64,000 bases of DNA from Anthoceros angustus (Eukaryota; Plantae; Anthocerotophyta), in assembly GCA_010909165.1 (NCBI GenBank), contig VJWM01000226.1:1-64000 (forward strand), read 5' to 3'. The notes under the pieces are model-generated. The model did no database searches, had not been told where the DNA came from, and saw only the letters and a program-made list of their open reading frames with translations. This document shows, piece after piece, positions 1 to 12,219 of this stretch. Positions within the stretch are counted from its first letter, which is position 1, and each line of letters begins with the position of its first letter. The translations under genes were made by a program, and so were the position numbers.

Positions 1-2213
1 CTCAGCTTCGTTGGCATAGATCCTCGGCCGCCCGCGCGGGCCTCACAGTACCTTCCAGGCGCTCACCCGGTGAAGAAACTTAGTCAGTCTGTCGAATGGA
101 CGGACTTCTCTTTCGGCCTCCGGCGTTTCCCCTCTTGATCACGGCGCCTGCTTCCTCCTCGCCTCTGGGCCGCCTCCAAGCTGCTCACGGAGGAGCACCA
201 TCGCCTCCTTGTGGCTTCCACCTCACAGGTCTTCTCGGCCATCCCGCGAGACCCCGAGCATACCGTCCATGGCGGTGGCAGGACCATACGTGTCTCTTCC
301 AGGCGCCATTAGTGAGGCCCCAAAGTCCGTTGTGGGCGGGCATCTCACGGTAAGGACCTCCATACCGCAGTCGGGCGAGTCGAGTGGGCTCTCGGACCTA
401 ATCGGGTCCCTTAGGTCTGATGCAGGGTCAGGGCCTCACCCTCCTTAGCCCTCTTGGCATGCCAATTCCTTAATCGCCCTCTTCGTCACAGGGCTCGGAG
501 GGTGAGGTTCAGGCCCACCTTGCCTCTCCCAGTCGGCAGGACCGGCTCAGTGAGGTTCTTGCCGGTGGCCTCCTGCTCCTTGCGTCTTTTCGCCTTCTCA
601 CGCCTCTTGACCTCTTGCCACTCAGGTAGGCGGGGGCAAGAAACGCAGGTGCCGTCAGGAGTGTTGCGTTGGCGGGTGGCACCGTCTTCCGCCTCTTTGG
701 CCCGAGTCCGTTTGGGCTCATCAATTTTGTGGGGTTGTGGTGCAGGGGCCGCGGCTCCATCTGGACCGCCTCTTGCCTTTGCTCGGTGAGGCACCAAGAG
801 GAGGGGATATCTTCCACACTTCCCTAGGTGGTGAGGGGTCCGTTCGAGACGTATGAGTCAGGAATCCCTCGATCGTCCTCCTCCGGACCCGTTTGGCCCT
901 AGGGGCGGGCCTCTCAGGCGCCCTTGCCCGCTCCGCTTCCGGTGGGGCCGCCCGGCCCTTTCCGGGCGCCGCTCTTCTTCCCCTCCTTGGTGGTAATGTG
1001 TCCCCACACATGGATCGGTATGGGGATAGTCACAGCAGTGGCTTCTCGCACCTACATGGGCCTCTGGCTGAACTGGCGAAGATGATCCTTCCCAGTCGCC
1101 CTCTTGTTGCGGCGCATGCGGGAACACCAATAAGTTGTCACCAAGGTGATCCACCTTGGTGAGCGAGTTCGATGGATGATCCGCCGCCCTCACCCTCATC
1201 CGGCCAGGTCCGCATCAACCGGCCGTTGGTTGTTCGGCTGCGTTCGGGCTTCGACGCCGCCCGCCTCTATCTTTCCCTACGCCTTGAGGGGTTCGGGACT
1301 CGCCCCCAATCTCCTCCGGGCGGTTGTAAGCCGCCCTCGGGACCTCAAGGTCCACCTCACGGATCCTCCGGAGGTTCTTGGATCGAACCTCCTTGTTGGC
1401 CTTGCCAGCATCTTCCGGCGAACTCCGGACTAGGGTGAACTTGTCAAATGTCGAACTGACACGGATACGTCCAGTGCCACTTGACCAATCCTCCCACTCC
1501 TCCCATTACGGCCCAAAGTCCGGATGGCAGCCGGGTGACAATGTTGTGCTACCACGGGTTCCATGGCGCCCATACCTCTGCTTCTTGGTCCCATCGCCTT
1601 CTTCTTCTTGCTCAGCGTAGGCGATTGTCGATCGGCCGCGATCGCCCTCTTGACTGCGTTGTTGCTCCAACTAAAGGTGAGCCCGTGAAGGTGCTGGCGT
1701 TCGGAGAGATAGCACGAGGCGGGGTTGCGGGCGCGAAGGCTGAGGGGGTGTCTCGAGTGGCCGGCCACCCTCCTCGTTGGCGCGTCGTTAGACCGTGGCG
1801 GCGGGAGGTGCCTTTCACATCATGCGCGATGCGCATGGCTTACTCCCTTGCGCCCCGCCTGCGGCCTTACGGCGCCGCGCGGTACCGGCGTGAATAACTT
1901 ATAGCGGTCCCTGGCAAGGCTACGGTCTGGCTCTGCATGCCGTCCTCCATTCGGGCCGTCCGCGTGGCGCTCGATCGACTTCACGACTCAACTTCTAAGT
2001 TACTTTCCACGGCGTACTTATCCTGTTTGACCCGGGTAGGGTCCGGTTATCCGATACCCGGTGCGCGGTCGTAGCTCGTCGTGTAGTATGCGAGGTCCGT
2101 TACCCACTCGAGTCCGGAGTACTCGAGCAGTCGGGAGCCGTCGTGCTTATTCCTCCTTTTCCGCCTTATTTTACTCCGGACCTCTGAAAACAAACCCAAC
2201 TTATTTCCCTAAC
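1..2213 (-). mobile_element. Unclassified repeat, copy 1 (left-truncated by window), with a degenerate minus-strand ORF
   Basis: Homologous by eye to 9270-12219: shared peptides (VREYARKML, TKVDHLGDNLL, PIHVWGH, SPPREVW) and a shared non-coding end (1900-2213 vs 11910-12219, e.g. CCGCCTTATTTTAC). Confidence 0.55.
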
Positions 2214-4659
2214 CCCAAGGGAAGTCCGTATCCCACAATGATGCGTTTGCTGAGAGGCGGTGCCTCTGGCGCCCAAGAGGCGGCGTTCAGCTTCATCAGC
2301 AGTCGGCATCGCCGAGACAGTGTGGAGGCTCTGTCGACTACGAGTGAAGAGATCCGGACGGGAATGTCTCCCACAAGAGGAGAAGGCGGTGGTTGGGCGC
2401 ACAGCCATGCCAGCGCCCAAGAAGTAAGCGAGATAGTTGGTAGGGGAGTGAATGGGTCATTAAGATCCCTAGGGGTTAATGGGATTGTTAGGAGGTAGGT
2501 TAAGAACCTTTTAAGAGGCCACCTACTTAAAAACCGCGTACCTGCACCCACTAGACTTAATTAATGCTAGGGTTTGGGAGCTCTTATAAGAGGAGGAGCC
2601 CTCATAATAAAATGTCATGCCTTGCTCTCCCCAGCGTGTGTGTGCTTGTCTTGCTACACAAGCGTGCGTCTTAGGCCGTGTGAGGCTGCATGGTGTCCGT
2701 AGGGTCTTGAGGTGCAAAGGACTAGGGTGAGGCGGGCCAAACCTTTCTTTGTGGAGGAGCAGGTGGCGTTGACGGTGAGGAGGCGGCATTGTGGCGCGGC
2801 AATTCACCTTCCAAGAAGGAGGATAGTGGGAATGGGTCAATCCTTGAAGCAGACGATGGGGCGCTAGATGTGGTGAGGCATTCGAGGCAGCGTGAGCCAC
2901 AAGCATGTGGTGGAGAAAAAGCAGCGCACAAATGTGCGGGGAAGGAAGGACGAATGGCGAGGGGACAACAAGGCGAAGTGGAACCCGACATGGAGAGGGG
3001 CGTCACGAGGTGAGCGATCGACCATGGGAGGACAGGACATCAAGGCGGTGGTAGGCCATGGAGCACCAAATGGAGAACAAAACAAAAGCAGTGCGAGGCG
3101 AGAGAAGCGCTTGCTGGGGCAAGCGCGTGTGGTGAGGCGGGGGCAAGCGGCATCGCCGCCAACTATGGCGAGGCGATGAGGTGGTGGTCCCGACACCACG
3201 AGCAGCCGTGGTTGTGGCGAGTGCAGTGGTCATGATCGTAGAGGGGGGGACATGGTGGCTATGGGTGACTCGGGGAAAACGGGGGCAACGAAGAACATGG
3301 TAGGGAGAGGGGCGTCAGCTATAAGTGAGTTGTACATGGGGCCAGGTACACATCCAGGGAATGGCAGTATGCAGCGGACATCAAGGCTGGTAGTGGCGCA
3401 ACAGGATGGGCAGGATGGACAATGGAGGGCAGCAGGGGGGACCGTGGGGTGACGACATGTGTTTGCAATGGTGCAAAAAATGTTGCTCTCGGTGAGGCGG
3501 GCGGGGAATGGAAGTGCGAGGCATGAGACATACATCACGGGGAATCCAGACCTCAATGGAGCGGGGCCGTCGCGACATGGTGACGATGAGGAAGAGCAGG
3601 AAGGTGGCGGAAGAGGAGGAGATGTGAGCGAGCCGTGCGAACTTTATGCAAACACATACAGGGTCGGATCAAAGCATGGACACCTGCAGTGGGGCTCGAG
3701 AAAAGGTAGCGCAACCTATGGAGGATGGAGGAGGCGGAAGAGAAAGGAAGGGAATGCCGGCAAAGGCGGATGGGGAAGGAAGAGTTACATGGTCGAGGCT
3801 GGCAGCCCAAGGCAGTGACAAGCATAGCTGGAGGCGGGGAAGTGGCGGGAAACAAAACAAAGAGAAGGCCGAAGGTAAGCACCGCAAATTGCAAGCTGCT
3901 CCTGGCGGCTGTATATATACAGGCCAAGGGCCATGGGAATGGCATGTGGTCATCTGTTCTTGCAAATCCCGAAGCAGTGGAATCGGGTGCGGCCGGAAGG
4001 AAAAAAACCAATGACCGGTTGAGGAAGGGAAGGGCAAAATCGGTAGCAAGTGTGGGAGGTGGGCGGTTTCAGTGCGCATCTGACGAGGAGTAGGCTTCCG
4101 CGAGCAGGCGGGCATGAAAATGCAAACCCCAAATTCACCCCTCCGCGAGGAGGGAACACGGTAGTCGCGGATGGAGATTGCGGTTCATTCCTCCGTGAGC
4201 GGAACAGGTCATGGATGTGGATGCCGGTGGATTCATCCAGCGGAGGAGGGGCCAATTTTGGATGTGGATGCGGCAAAACCGGCATCTTATTTGTAGGGTG
4301 CCGAAACGTCTTCATTGTTCTTGTGGGTAAGGGTTCAAAACAAGTACCTATCGGGGCGCCTACAAGGCACAATCTGAGTGGCGTGAAGGCCTTTGCGGTG
4401 AATAGGGTGAAACAAGCGTATAATTTGCGGGCGCCGTATTGCAAAGCAGTGCACAAATCTCGGATACCACTTGTCGTATACTTAATTTGAAAAGGCATCG
4501 TATATGTATTTGAGTAATGACATCGAATACGTGCACAGGAAGCCAAGGCATATTATATACTTATAATGCAGTACACGCATATGATAAAGCGGGGAAAAAC
4601 AAGGAATGAAAGCAATAATGGCAAACACACATGGGGAGGAGGTTCGGTACCAAGCCTGC

Positions 4660-4895
4660 AAAACTGTAACAAAAGAGGGTGTAACACTTTGGTTGTTGCA
4701 AATATGTTGAAATTTTGAAAGGAGCAGATACCACCTCTCACTACACTGCAACAAAATTGCAACAAGACTCCAAGCCTGACTGTAACAAGGGGCCAAATAA
4801 GTGTAACAAGACACCAAGATTTTAACATAATTGCAACAAGGGGGGGGTTCAAATCTTAACAAAAAGTGTAACATAGGCGGCCATTTCTAGTAGGG
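4660..4895 (+). mobile_element. Orphan DNA-transposon terminus, CACTA/EnSpm-like
   Basis: Eight TGYAACA motifs (4665, 4680, 4747, 4758, 4781, 4802, 4832, 4867) plus one inverted copy (4694), ending in TTTCTAGTAGGG (4884-4895), one mismatch from the CACTA end TTTCTAGTAGTG. No partner end was found. Confidence 0.4.
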
Positions 4896-6434
4896 ACAGT
4901 CCGTAACTCGTGGTCTTATCTTTCACATTGAAGTACACTGTTTTTGACAATGTTAGCATGATAGTAGATCTAGCAAGCTCATCCGAGTCCTGCCACTCAT
5001 CACGAGTCATATATCCGGTTTGGCGCCTGCGACTATGGGCTTGATCTTTTACGCACTAGAACATTATACACTTGTTCTTTCCAGAACGGGAAGTTAGTAC
5101 CATCTAACTTCTCGATATTGAACATGACATTTTCTGATGATGAAGACAAACACGATATCTTGTGAAGGGGGTGAATATTCACGAAGGGGGTTTTCCGAAA
5201 AATATCTCCTGAAGGGGGTTTGACATGGGTCTTGAACTCGTGGTTTTAGAGGTATTAATGAATATAAGGCAGAAAAGAAGGGTGGAAATTCCTTTGAACC
5301 CGATGATACAAGGTCCATTTCATGCAGTGAAGGGGTTATGGTGCAGAGGTAACCCTATTTGGGGTGCATTTAAGACCCATGACAAGGGCCATTCTTTTGG
5401 ATCCTGCGGGTCTTTCTCGCAACAACCCTAAAGATTAAGTAAAAACACGGTGATCAAAATTGGATGAGGCGAACCGTGGGCGGGAGCAAAGCATGTCGAG
5501 GAGTAGGGCGGTGGCGCTCTAACATTCGATGATGCCTTCGGGAGAAGAGCCCATAGCGGGATGTGTGTACAAAAGACTTTGGGGTGTGGGTGGGTGGGTG
5601 GCTTGCACACCCTCAATTGTGCATAAATATAATCACATGGTTGATCCACGCAATCGATGAATGAAGAAAAGTGTAGAACAGCTGGTTCCCGCCAACATAT
5701 CGCATGAAAAACATGCCGCATGGCTCATCGTGTGTTACTGTTAGTATGCCGCAATGCCGGTGCGCAACTACCACCACACTCCCCCATGTCCTTCCGCATG
5801 TAATGGAAAAAGGCTTGAACATTGGAAGTTATTAAGCATGGGAAGTCTACAAGGGCACCTGAGAGAGCCACAACCAAATTCCTATCATGGGCCTAGACTC
5901 TTTTCGAAATATGTCTGCGCTTGAAAATGTGCACTCAAACTACGAGGAATTGAGCTTCACGCATAACCTCACCAATTGCGTTGAAGATGACCTAACATTG
6001 AGGGTTTCCTACTCTTCGCGACTCCACGCCATCATCTTCGTTGGGCGCATCATGACCATCATCTTCACTATCCTCGGTGGCACTTTGACTATTGGTTGAA
6101 TAAAGCCTCGCAATTCAATTAAGTTATTCTTGATTGCCTTCTTATCCACAGTACAAATGTTTCCGCCGTCAAGTTGAACTCATAATAGAGGATGACCGTT
6201 TGGTGAACAAAACCTCTACTTACACGGTCTATTTCTGACGTCTCAAAGTAATGCTATGCTTCACGTTTTGGTACTGAACATGCCCATATATTCTTGAGCG
6301 AAGCTGCACATAGTCTGATCTGAATGAATGAATGAAAATAGGTCCATAGGTGTTTTGAAAATGTGTGCAACCATGGCATGAGAGGAGTTTCAATATACAC
6401 ATCCATAAAGAAAGCGGCGGCCGCGCCTTCTAAC

Positions 6435-6547
6435 AAGCCTTGTACATGGCGCGGCGGTGGCACCCTAAGCCTTGTACATGGGCCGGCGGCCGGCCCTTCA
6501 AACCTTGTACATGGGCGCCGGCCAGCTAACAAAACCTTGTACATGGG
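6435..6547. repeat. Four 16-bp direct repeats AARCCTTGTACATGGS with variable GC-rich spacers
   Basis: The core CCTTGTACATGG starts at 6438, 6470, 6503 and 6535 (period 32, 33, 32). The core is an imperfect palindrome around TGTACA. Confidence 0.85.
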
Positions 6548-6600
6548 CTGCCATTGATAAAATAAAAAATTAATTGCTTCTCATGTGTTTCAACCTAGGA

Positions 6601-6656
6601 TAGTTACTCAAGTGGTTTGGAAACAATGTGGGTAATAGGTCATGGGTTCGAGTCTG
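6601..6656 (+). other. Possible tRNA-derived (SINE-like) head
   Basis: A-box-like TTACTCAAGTGGT (6604-6616) and B-box GGTTCGAGTC (6645-6654) at tRNA-like spacing; no cloverleaf. Confidence 0.3.
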
Positions 6657-7306
6657 TAGAGGCATGAAAACTTCTTGTTGATTTTATGGGCGCATGGGCA
6701 CGGCCATTTAAGGGCGCTAGCATGCCCTCTATTGAGGTGACTTGAGGTGTGCGGATATATTCCTAGCGGATCCATGGGTATGAGGTTTTGCGGATCTTGT
6801 GAAGAATTGACATTAGAGGCCCACCGAGGGCTTGCGCAGTGCAGGCAAAGGAGGTGTGTATCAGCGAAGGACTCTTTGAAAGCGCGGTGGTTTCTTTGAA
6901 TGCTGTCGGTGAAGACCAAAGCGGGAGGGAGCAGACTCAAGGGCTTTGGGCGAGCGATAGCTTTGATGAGCAGGCTGGCGGATTGAAATTTGGTCATCGT
7001 GATGGATTGGTCCGCTCTAGCACCCGATGAGTCAAGTTAGTCATAGAGAGTAGGTTCACGGTTTGTAGGCACCTAGATGTGCTTCTTCTCGTGTTCGTAA
7101 TAACTTTTGGACCCGTTGTAGTGAGGCAATTGATGATCTCATTTTCCCTCTTCCTCAAAAACAAAGCGAAGCGGCGCGGCGCCTTCCTTGTTGTCTTTGT
7201 GTGTTGGAAGCGGGTTTTCATGATAACTACTCGTTGAAAGCGGTCGACCTTTCTTGAAAGCGAGGCAAAAGCATATTTGGGTGTGGAATGTGCTAAGAGG
7301 TTTCCA

Positions 7307-9267
7307 TGTCACGAAGGGGTTGGATATTCACCTTGAAGATATCTGTTGACATCATGATTCGAATCGTCACGGATAAAACACTGACTAGCCTTGTCGAGAA
7401 AAGTCAAAGAAGACAACGATCACCGTCTGATGTATTTTGCCGTTGACTATTCCACACAGTATTACGCGAATATTTAATTTTACGCTCAAGCGCCGGTTCG
7501 GCACCCGCAACTCATCTTTGAACCCGCGCCTATTACCGCCCGCAGCGCTGCTGACCACGGCGCCGCCGCGGCCACATACAGCCCCGGCAACCACGGCACG
7601 CCCGGCAGCCCGGCAGCCCAGCACAACCACAAGCTACAACCGCCAGCAGCCGCGCCCAGCAGCCACGCTAGCTATGCGGCTGCGTCCCACCGGCCGCCCG
7701 CGCCTACCGGCTTGGCCCGCGGCGATCGCCAGCGCCCGCGAAGCGTATAAAACCAGCGGCTTCATGTGCGCGAACTGCCTTAGCGGCCCAGCAATCGGCG
7801 CCGTCGCGCCCGAAGGCTCGGGCCGCGCTGGCCTTTGCGTCGCGCCCGCGGCTTTTCGCGCGCCAGCCGCTTATGCCAACGGCCAGGTTATGCCAGCCTC
7901 CGCGCTGCCGCCGGCCCTCAGCGGCCGCGCGAGACCTTGCAGCGTTCGCAGCCTCGCATGATCTGGATCACCCAATTCCACGAGCTGCCCTGCGGTAGAA
8001 AATTCTAACATCACAACAACCAAATTCTAGCCTGATCCCGGTTGAAGGATCGTGTGGCAGCCCATGATGGTGGAAGAGGAGAGAGAGGAGGAGGCAAAGG
8101 TAGCTCTCTCATTGAGATGAGGCTTGGAGGGTATGTTATACCTCCATGCAGGACTCCCTAGGAAGCTCCACAAGAAGCCCCTAGGAAGGAGCACAAGAAG
8201 CTTCCTAGATTAGCTTAAACTAATGATACTTAATCGACACCCAACGTAGACTAAGTGTATTAGTCTAAGTACATTGGGCTTTAATACCCTTCAGGACCTT
8301 CCTCCTCGCTCCTCGCCGACCATCACGGAAGGGGTTGGATATTCACCCCCTTGAAGATATCGATATTGACATGATTCGTAAAATCTGAGATAAAACACTG
8401 ACGCCTTGTCGGAAAAGTCAAAGAAGACAACGATCACCGTGCGATGTATTTTGCGTTGACTATTCCACAGTATTCGAATATTTGACGACTTTTTCGCTGC
8501 CTGCTCGGCACCGCGGCCGCCGAACCCGCCGCCTATTCTCGCCGCAGTACGCCACCATCCTGCGGCCACAGCCGGCCCACCCTGGCACAGCCCGACGCCA
8601 CAGCCGCCCATATGGCAGCCGCGGCTACCGCTACCGCCACCCGGCCCCACCCCAGCGCCACGGCCCAGCAACATGCTGGCTTACCCTACGCCTGCGCGCA
8701 GACGCAGCTGGCATGGCAATCGCTGCCCATGGCGCCCATGCGGTCGGCCCCAGGCGGGCTCGGGCGGTGACTGGACTACGCCAGCCTGGCAACCCGTGGC
8801 AGGCCCAGCAAGCTGCCCATGACGTGTTTGGCCTCACTTGCTGACTGCCAGCGAGCGCGCCGCGAGACCTTGGCGTTCGGCCGCCCGCTCACGGCTCCTG
8901 CGGCAGCCCTCTTGATCCGATCACCGCAATTCCACGAGGCTAACCTGCGGTGAAAATTCTAGCATCACAACACACCAAATTCTAGCCTGATCCCGGTTGA
9001 AGGATGGTGGCAGCCCATGATGGTGGAAGAAAGAGGAGAGGAGGAGGCAAGAGTAGCCTCTCTCATTGAGATGAGGCTTGGAGGTGTTGCCACCTCCAAT
9101 GAGACTCCCTAGGAAGCTCCAAGCCCCTAGGAAGGAGCACAAGAAGCTTCCTGTGATTAGCTTGTTAAACTAATGATACTTAATCGACACCAACGTTAGA
9201 CTAAGTGTATTAGTCTAAGTACATTGGGCTTAATACCCTTCACAGGGACCTTCCTCCTCGCTCCTCC
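7307..9267 (-). repeat. Tandem duplication of a ~1-kb LTR-like unit (7307-8313 and ~8322-9267)
   Basis: The two copies align along their length with small indels. On the minus strand the unit starts TGTGAAGGG (9244) and ends CCCCTTCGTGACA (7307), with a TATA-like motif followed by a CT-rich tract. No TSD was found. Confidence 0.75.
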
Positions 9268-9269
9268 TT

Positions 9270-12219
9270 CCAGAAGTCCACCCACCGCCTAGGGTGGCGG
9301 CAAGACCTCTAGAGCCTTGAGGAGCTGCGTGGTAGTAGGCAAAAGTCGGAATCGACTTGTTGGTACCTCCTCCACATGGGCCGGAGCAGTGCCTCCTCCT
9401 CGAGGTGCTCGGCGGTGGGCGTGTTGTCACTCTTGGCCCGTCTCCGTCGCCGGCTTGCCTGGCTGGCAGCGGGCGGACTCGCTTGATGCCCTGGCGGCCT
9501 CCGACACCTCCTGCGGCCTTTCTTCTGCCGACCGTCACTCCTCCTCCGCCTTGTGCGGCTCCACCGGTTCTTGGCCATGAGGTGGCTCCCCTACCTCCCG
9601 CAATCGGACAAGCAGCCTGCTCCTCCTCTCTCGTCCTCCGTTCATCCTTACCGAGTCGCCACTTCCTTCTCCAGGCGGGCGGTATCTCCGCCCCGCTCCG
9701 GCTTCCTTCCTTCTTGGCTGGCGGCGTCCAACTCCTTGGACCGCGCTATTCTCCCTCCGTCTTCAGCGAAGGCGGGCGCTCTATCTCTGCTTTCGAAGTC
9801 TTGAGATTCTCCGTTGAGAATCTCGTGTTCAAGCCCAGCGTCTTGGAGTTGCGCTGTGTCCTTGTCGCCTTCCAGCTCTGCCCGCTCCTCACTTCCGCAC
9901 TGCACCACAGGTCCCTATTTCAGGTCTTGGCCTCATTTCTTCTTCACGGCTGCCCGTACTTACTCAGCGCCACTGTTCGGCCTTCAGTTAGCCCGGCTAC
10001 CCCGCCGTCTCCCTCCACGGTTCGATCGTCGGTGGTGATCCCGGTCGACCTTCGCGCGGCTTCCGCCTCCGGTGCCTTCACGAGCCTCGGCGGCTTGGTG
10101 TTGGTCTGTGTGCCGCCTCGGCCAGTCGCGGGCGTTCTCCGCCTCGACCCTCCTCCGCCTCCTTCTGCGCTTCCTCCCTCCGTTTGCAGAGGTCTTCAGC
10201 CCGTGCTTGGGCCTCCTGCGCACGCTTCAGCTGTTCGCACAGCTGAAGGGTCTTGGTCCCCTCCCACACTTCCCTAGGCGGCGAGGGGGTCCGCTCCAGA
10301 CGTATGGAGTCCGGAATCCCCTCCCAGTCGTCCTCCTCCCGGACCCTCTTGCTCCGGACTGGCGAACCTCCGCCTGCACTCTTCCTTGTACATCTTGAGG
10401 GCGGCCAGCCCTTTCCGGAGTGCTCGTTCCTCCTCGCCCTCCTTCAGGAGGTTCGCGTGCCCCCACACATGGATCAAGAACGGCGATAGCGGCGCCCGGC
10501 GGGTGGCTTCTACTTTCGGCTTGCGAGCCTCTGGTGTGATCCGGAAATTACGATCGTGCGCGTTTCCCTTTATGGAGGTCGTGGAGGAACATCAGCAAAT
10601 TGTCTCCAAGGTGGTCCACCTTGGTCAACATATTCGATGGGCGATAATCTTAGCCAGCGGTACCCTCTGTCCGGAGGTCCAACATCAGCCACCCATTGGA
10701 GGATCACTGCGTCCACAGTGCAAAAGGGCATGCAGCGCTTCCACCTTCCCTTTACCTTGAGGTTCCGATTTCCTCTCTCTCCTCATGGCGGTTGCCGCCT
10801 CGGACCTCCACAGTCCACCTCCTAGGTCCTCCGCGAGGTTCTTGGATCGGACCTCCTTGTTGGCCAACATCTTAGCATACTCCCGGACCCTCTTGCCTCC
10901 GGTGGCGAACCTCCGCCTGCACTCTTCCTTCGCTCCGTGAGGGCGGCCACCTTTCCGGGAGTGCTCGTTCCTCCCCGCCTCCTGAGGTTCGTGCCCACAC
11001 ATGGATCAAGAACGGCGATAGCCGACGGAGGTGGCTTCGCACCTCTTGCGAGCCTGGTTGATCCGGCGAAATTATTCGCCCCGAGGCGTTTCCCTTTACG
11101 GAGGTGGAGGAACATCACAATTGTCTCCAAGGTGGTCCACCTTGGTCAACACATAGGATTTACACCGCCATGCTTACCCTCCGCCCGTGAGGTCCAACAT
11201 CGACCACCCATTGGAGGATCGCCCCTCGGTGCAAAAGGGCCGCCTGCCGCTTCACCTTCCCTTTACCTTGGGGTTCCATCACCTCCTATTTCCTCCGGGG
11301 CGGTTGTAACCGCCTCGGGACCTCCACGGTCCACCTCCCAAGGTCCTCCCGCAGGTTCTTGGATCGGACCTCCTTGTTGGCCGCTGCCAACATCTTCCGG
11401 GCATACTCCCGGACTAGGGTGACGCTGTCGAAGGTCCAGACGGCCTGGAAAATGTCCACGTGGAAATGCCGGAAAATGTCCGGCCTGGAAGGTGCCATTC
11501 CTCCACCAGCTCCTCCGCCTCCTCCAGCCACGGGCCGAAGTCCGGGTAGCGCTTAGTGGACGATGTTGCGCTCCACCAAGCGCCATGGCTCCCACACCTG
11601 CCAGCTTTCTTGGGTCCCATCCCCTCATTTCATTCTTTGAGGCAGAGGCTCCACAATCTTTGCTCCTCGGCCAGCGGCGTGTTGCTTCCCTCGCCAAGTC
11701 GAACGCGGAAGAGGCGGCGATCGCAAAACAACGCTAGAGAGCCGGGTGTCGTGGCAGTGCAAAATCGCCGCAAGTTGTTTGGAAGAATGACCTCCGCCTC
11801 GCTTTTCTCCGTCGGGAGTAAGCGAATCAGCGGAAGGGCGGCTCTTATTTGTCATGCTTGTCAGAATGGCATACTCTCGCCTCGCTCCCTCAGCCTCTGG
11901 CCTGTGATGGGCGTGAATACACCGCCTATGACCACTCGCACCCCTCGGTCACGGTGCATGCCGTCTACCACTCGGTACCGTCCATGGTGCCGCCTCTAAA
12001 TCACGCTCCAACTTCTGGTTACTTTACTTGGCGTGCTTATCGTTTCGACCGGGTGGGGTCCGGACTTATCGACACTCGGTCGTGGTCCGGAGGTCCTCGA
12101 GTGGGCTCCGGTCCGTTCACCTACCGGTCAGTGCGGTCCGAGTCACCGTCGTGTTTCTCCTTTCCGCCTTTATTTTACACTCCATACCTCGAAAAAACAA
12201 ACTCAGCTCATTTCCTACA
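9270..12219 (-). mobile_element. Unclassified repeat, copy 2, with a frameshifted charged/coiled-coil ORF
   Basis: Homologous to 1-2213. Minus-strand fragments include EEAEELVEEWHL, FDSVTLVREYARKML and LCEQLKRAQEAQARAEDL. The plus strand ends ...TTTCCTACA (12219), an LTR-like CA end. Confidence 0.55.
10330..11410. repeat. Internal tandem duplication, period ~515-545 bp
   Basis: Paired anchors: CACATGGATCAAGAACGGCGATAGC at ~10465/10997, GGTCCACCTTGGTCAACA at ~10614/11134, GTTCTTGGATCGGACCTCC at ~10838/11356. Confidence 0.85.

Noticed and set aside
2220-4550. Coding or TE remnants among many short ORFs
   Set aside because: No family motif is recognisable in any frame; purine-rich low-complexity sequence.
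5100-5220. Remnant of the 1-kb LTR-like unit (shared GAAGGGGGTGAATAT)
   Set aside because: Similarity is limited to about 20 bp and cannot be extended by eye.
6435-6547. CRISPR array
   Set aside because: The repeat is only 16 bp with ~16-bp spacers, there are four units, the context is eukaryotic and there are no cas genes.
9357-10277. 306-aa plus-strand ORF as a gene
   Set aside because: A Pro/Ser/Leu-rich antisense shadow of the charged minus-strand ORF in GC-rich repeat DNA.
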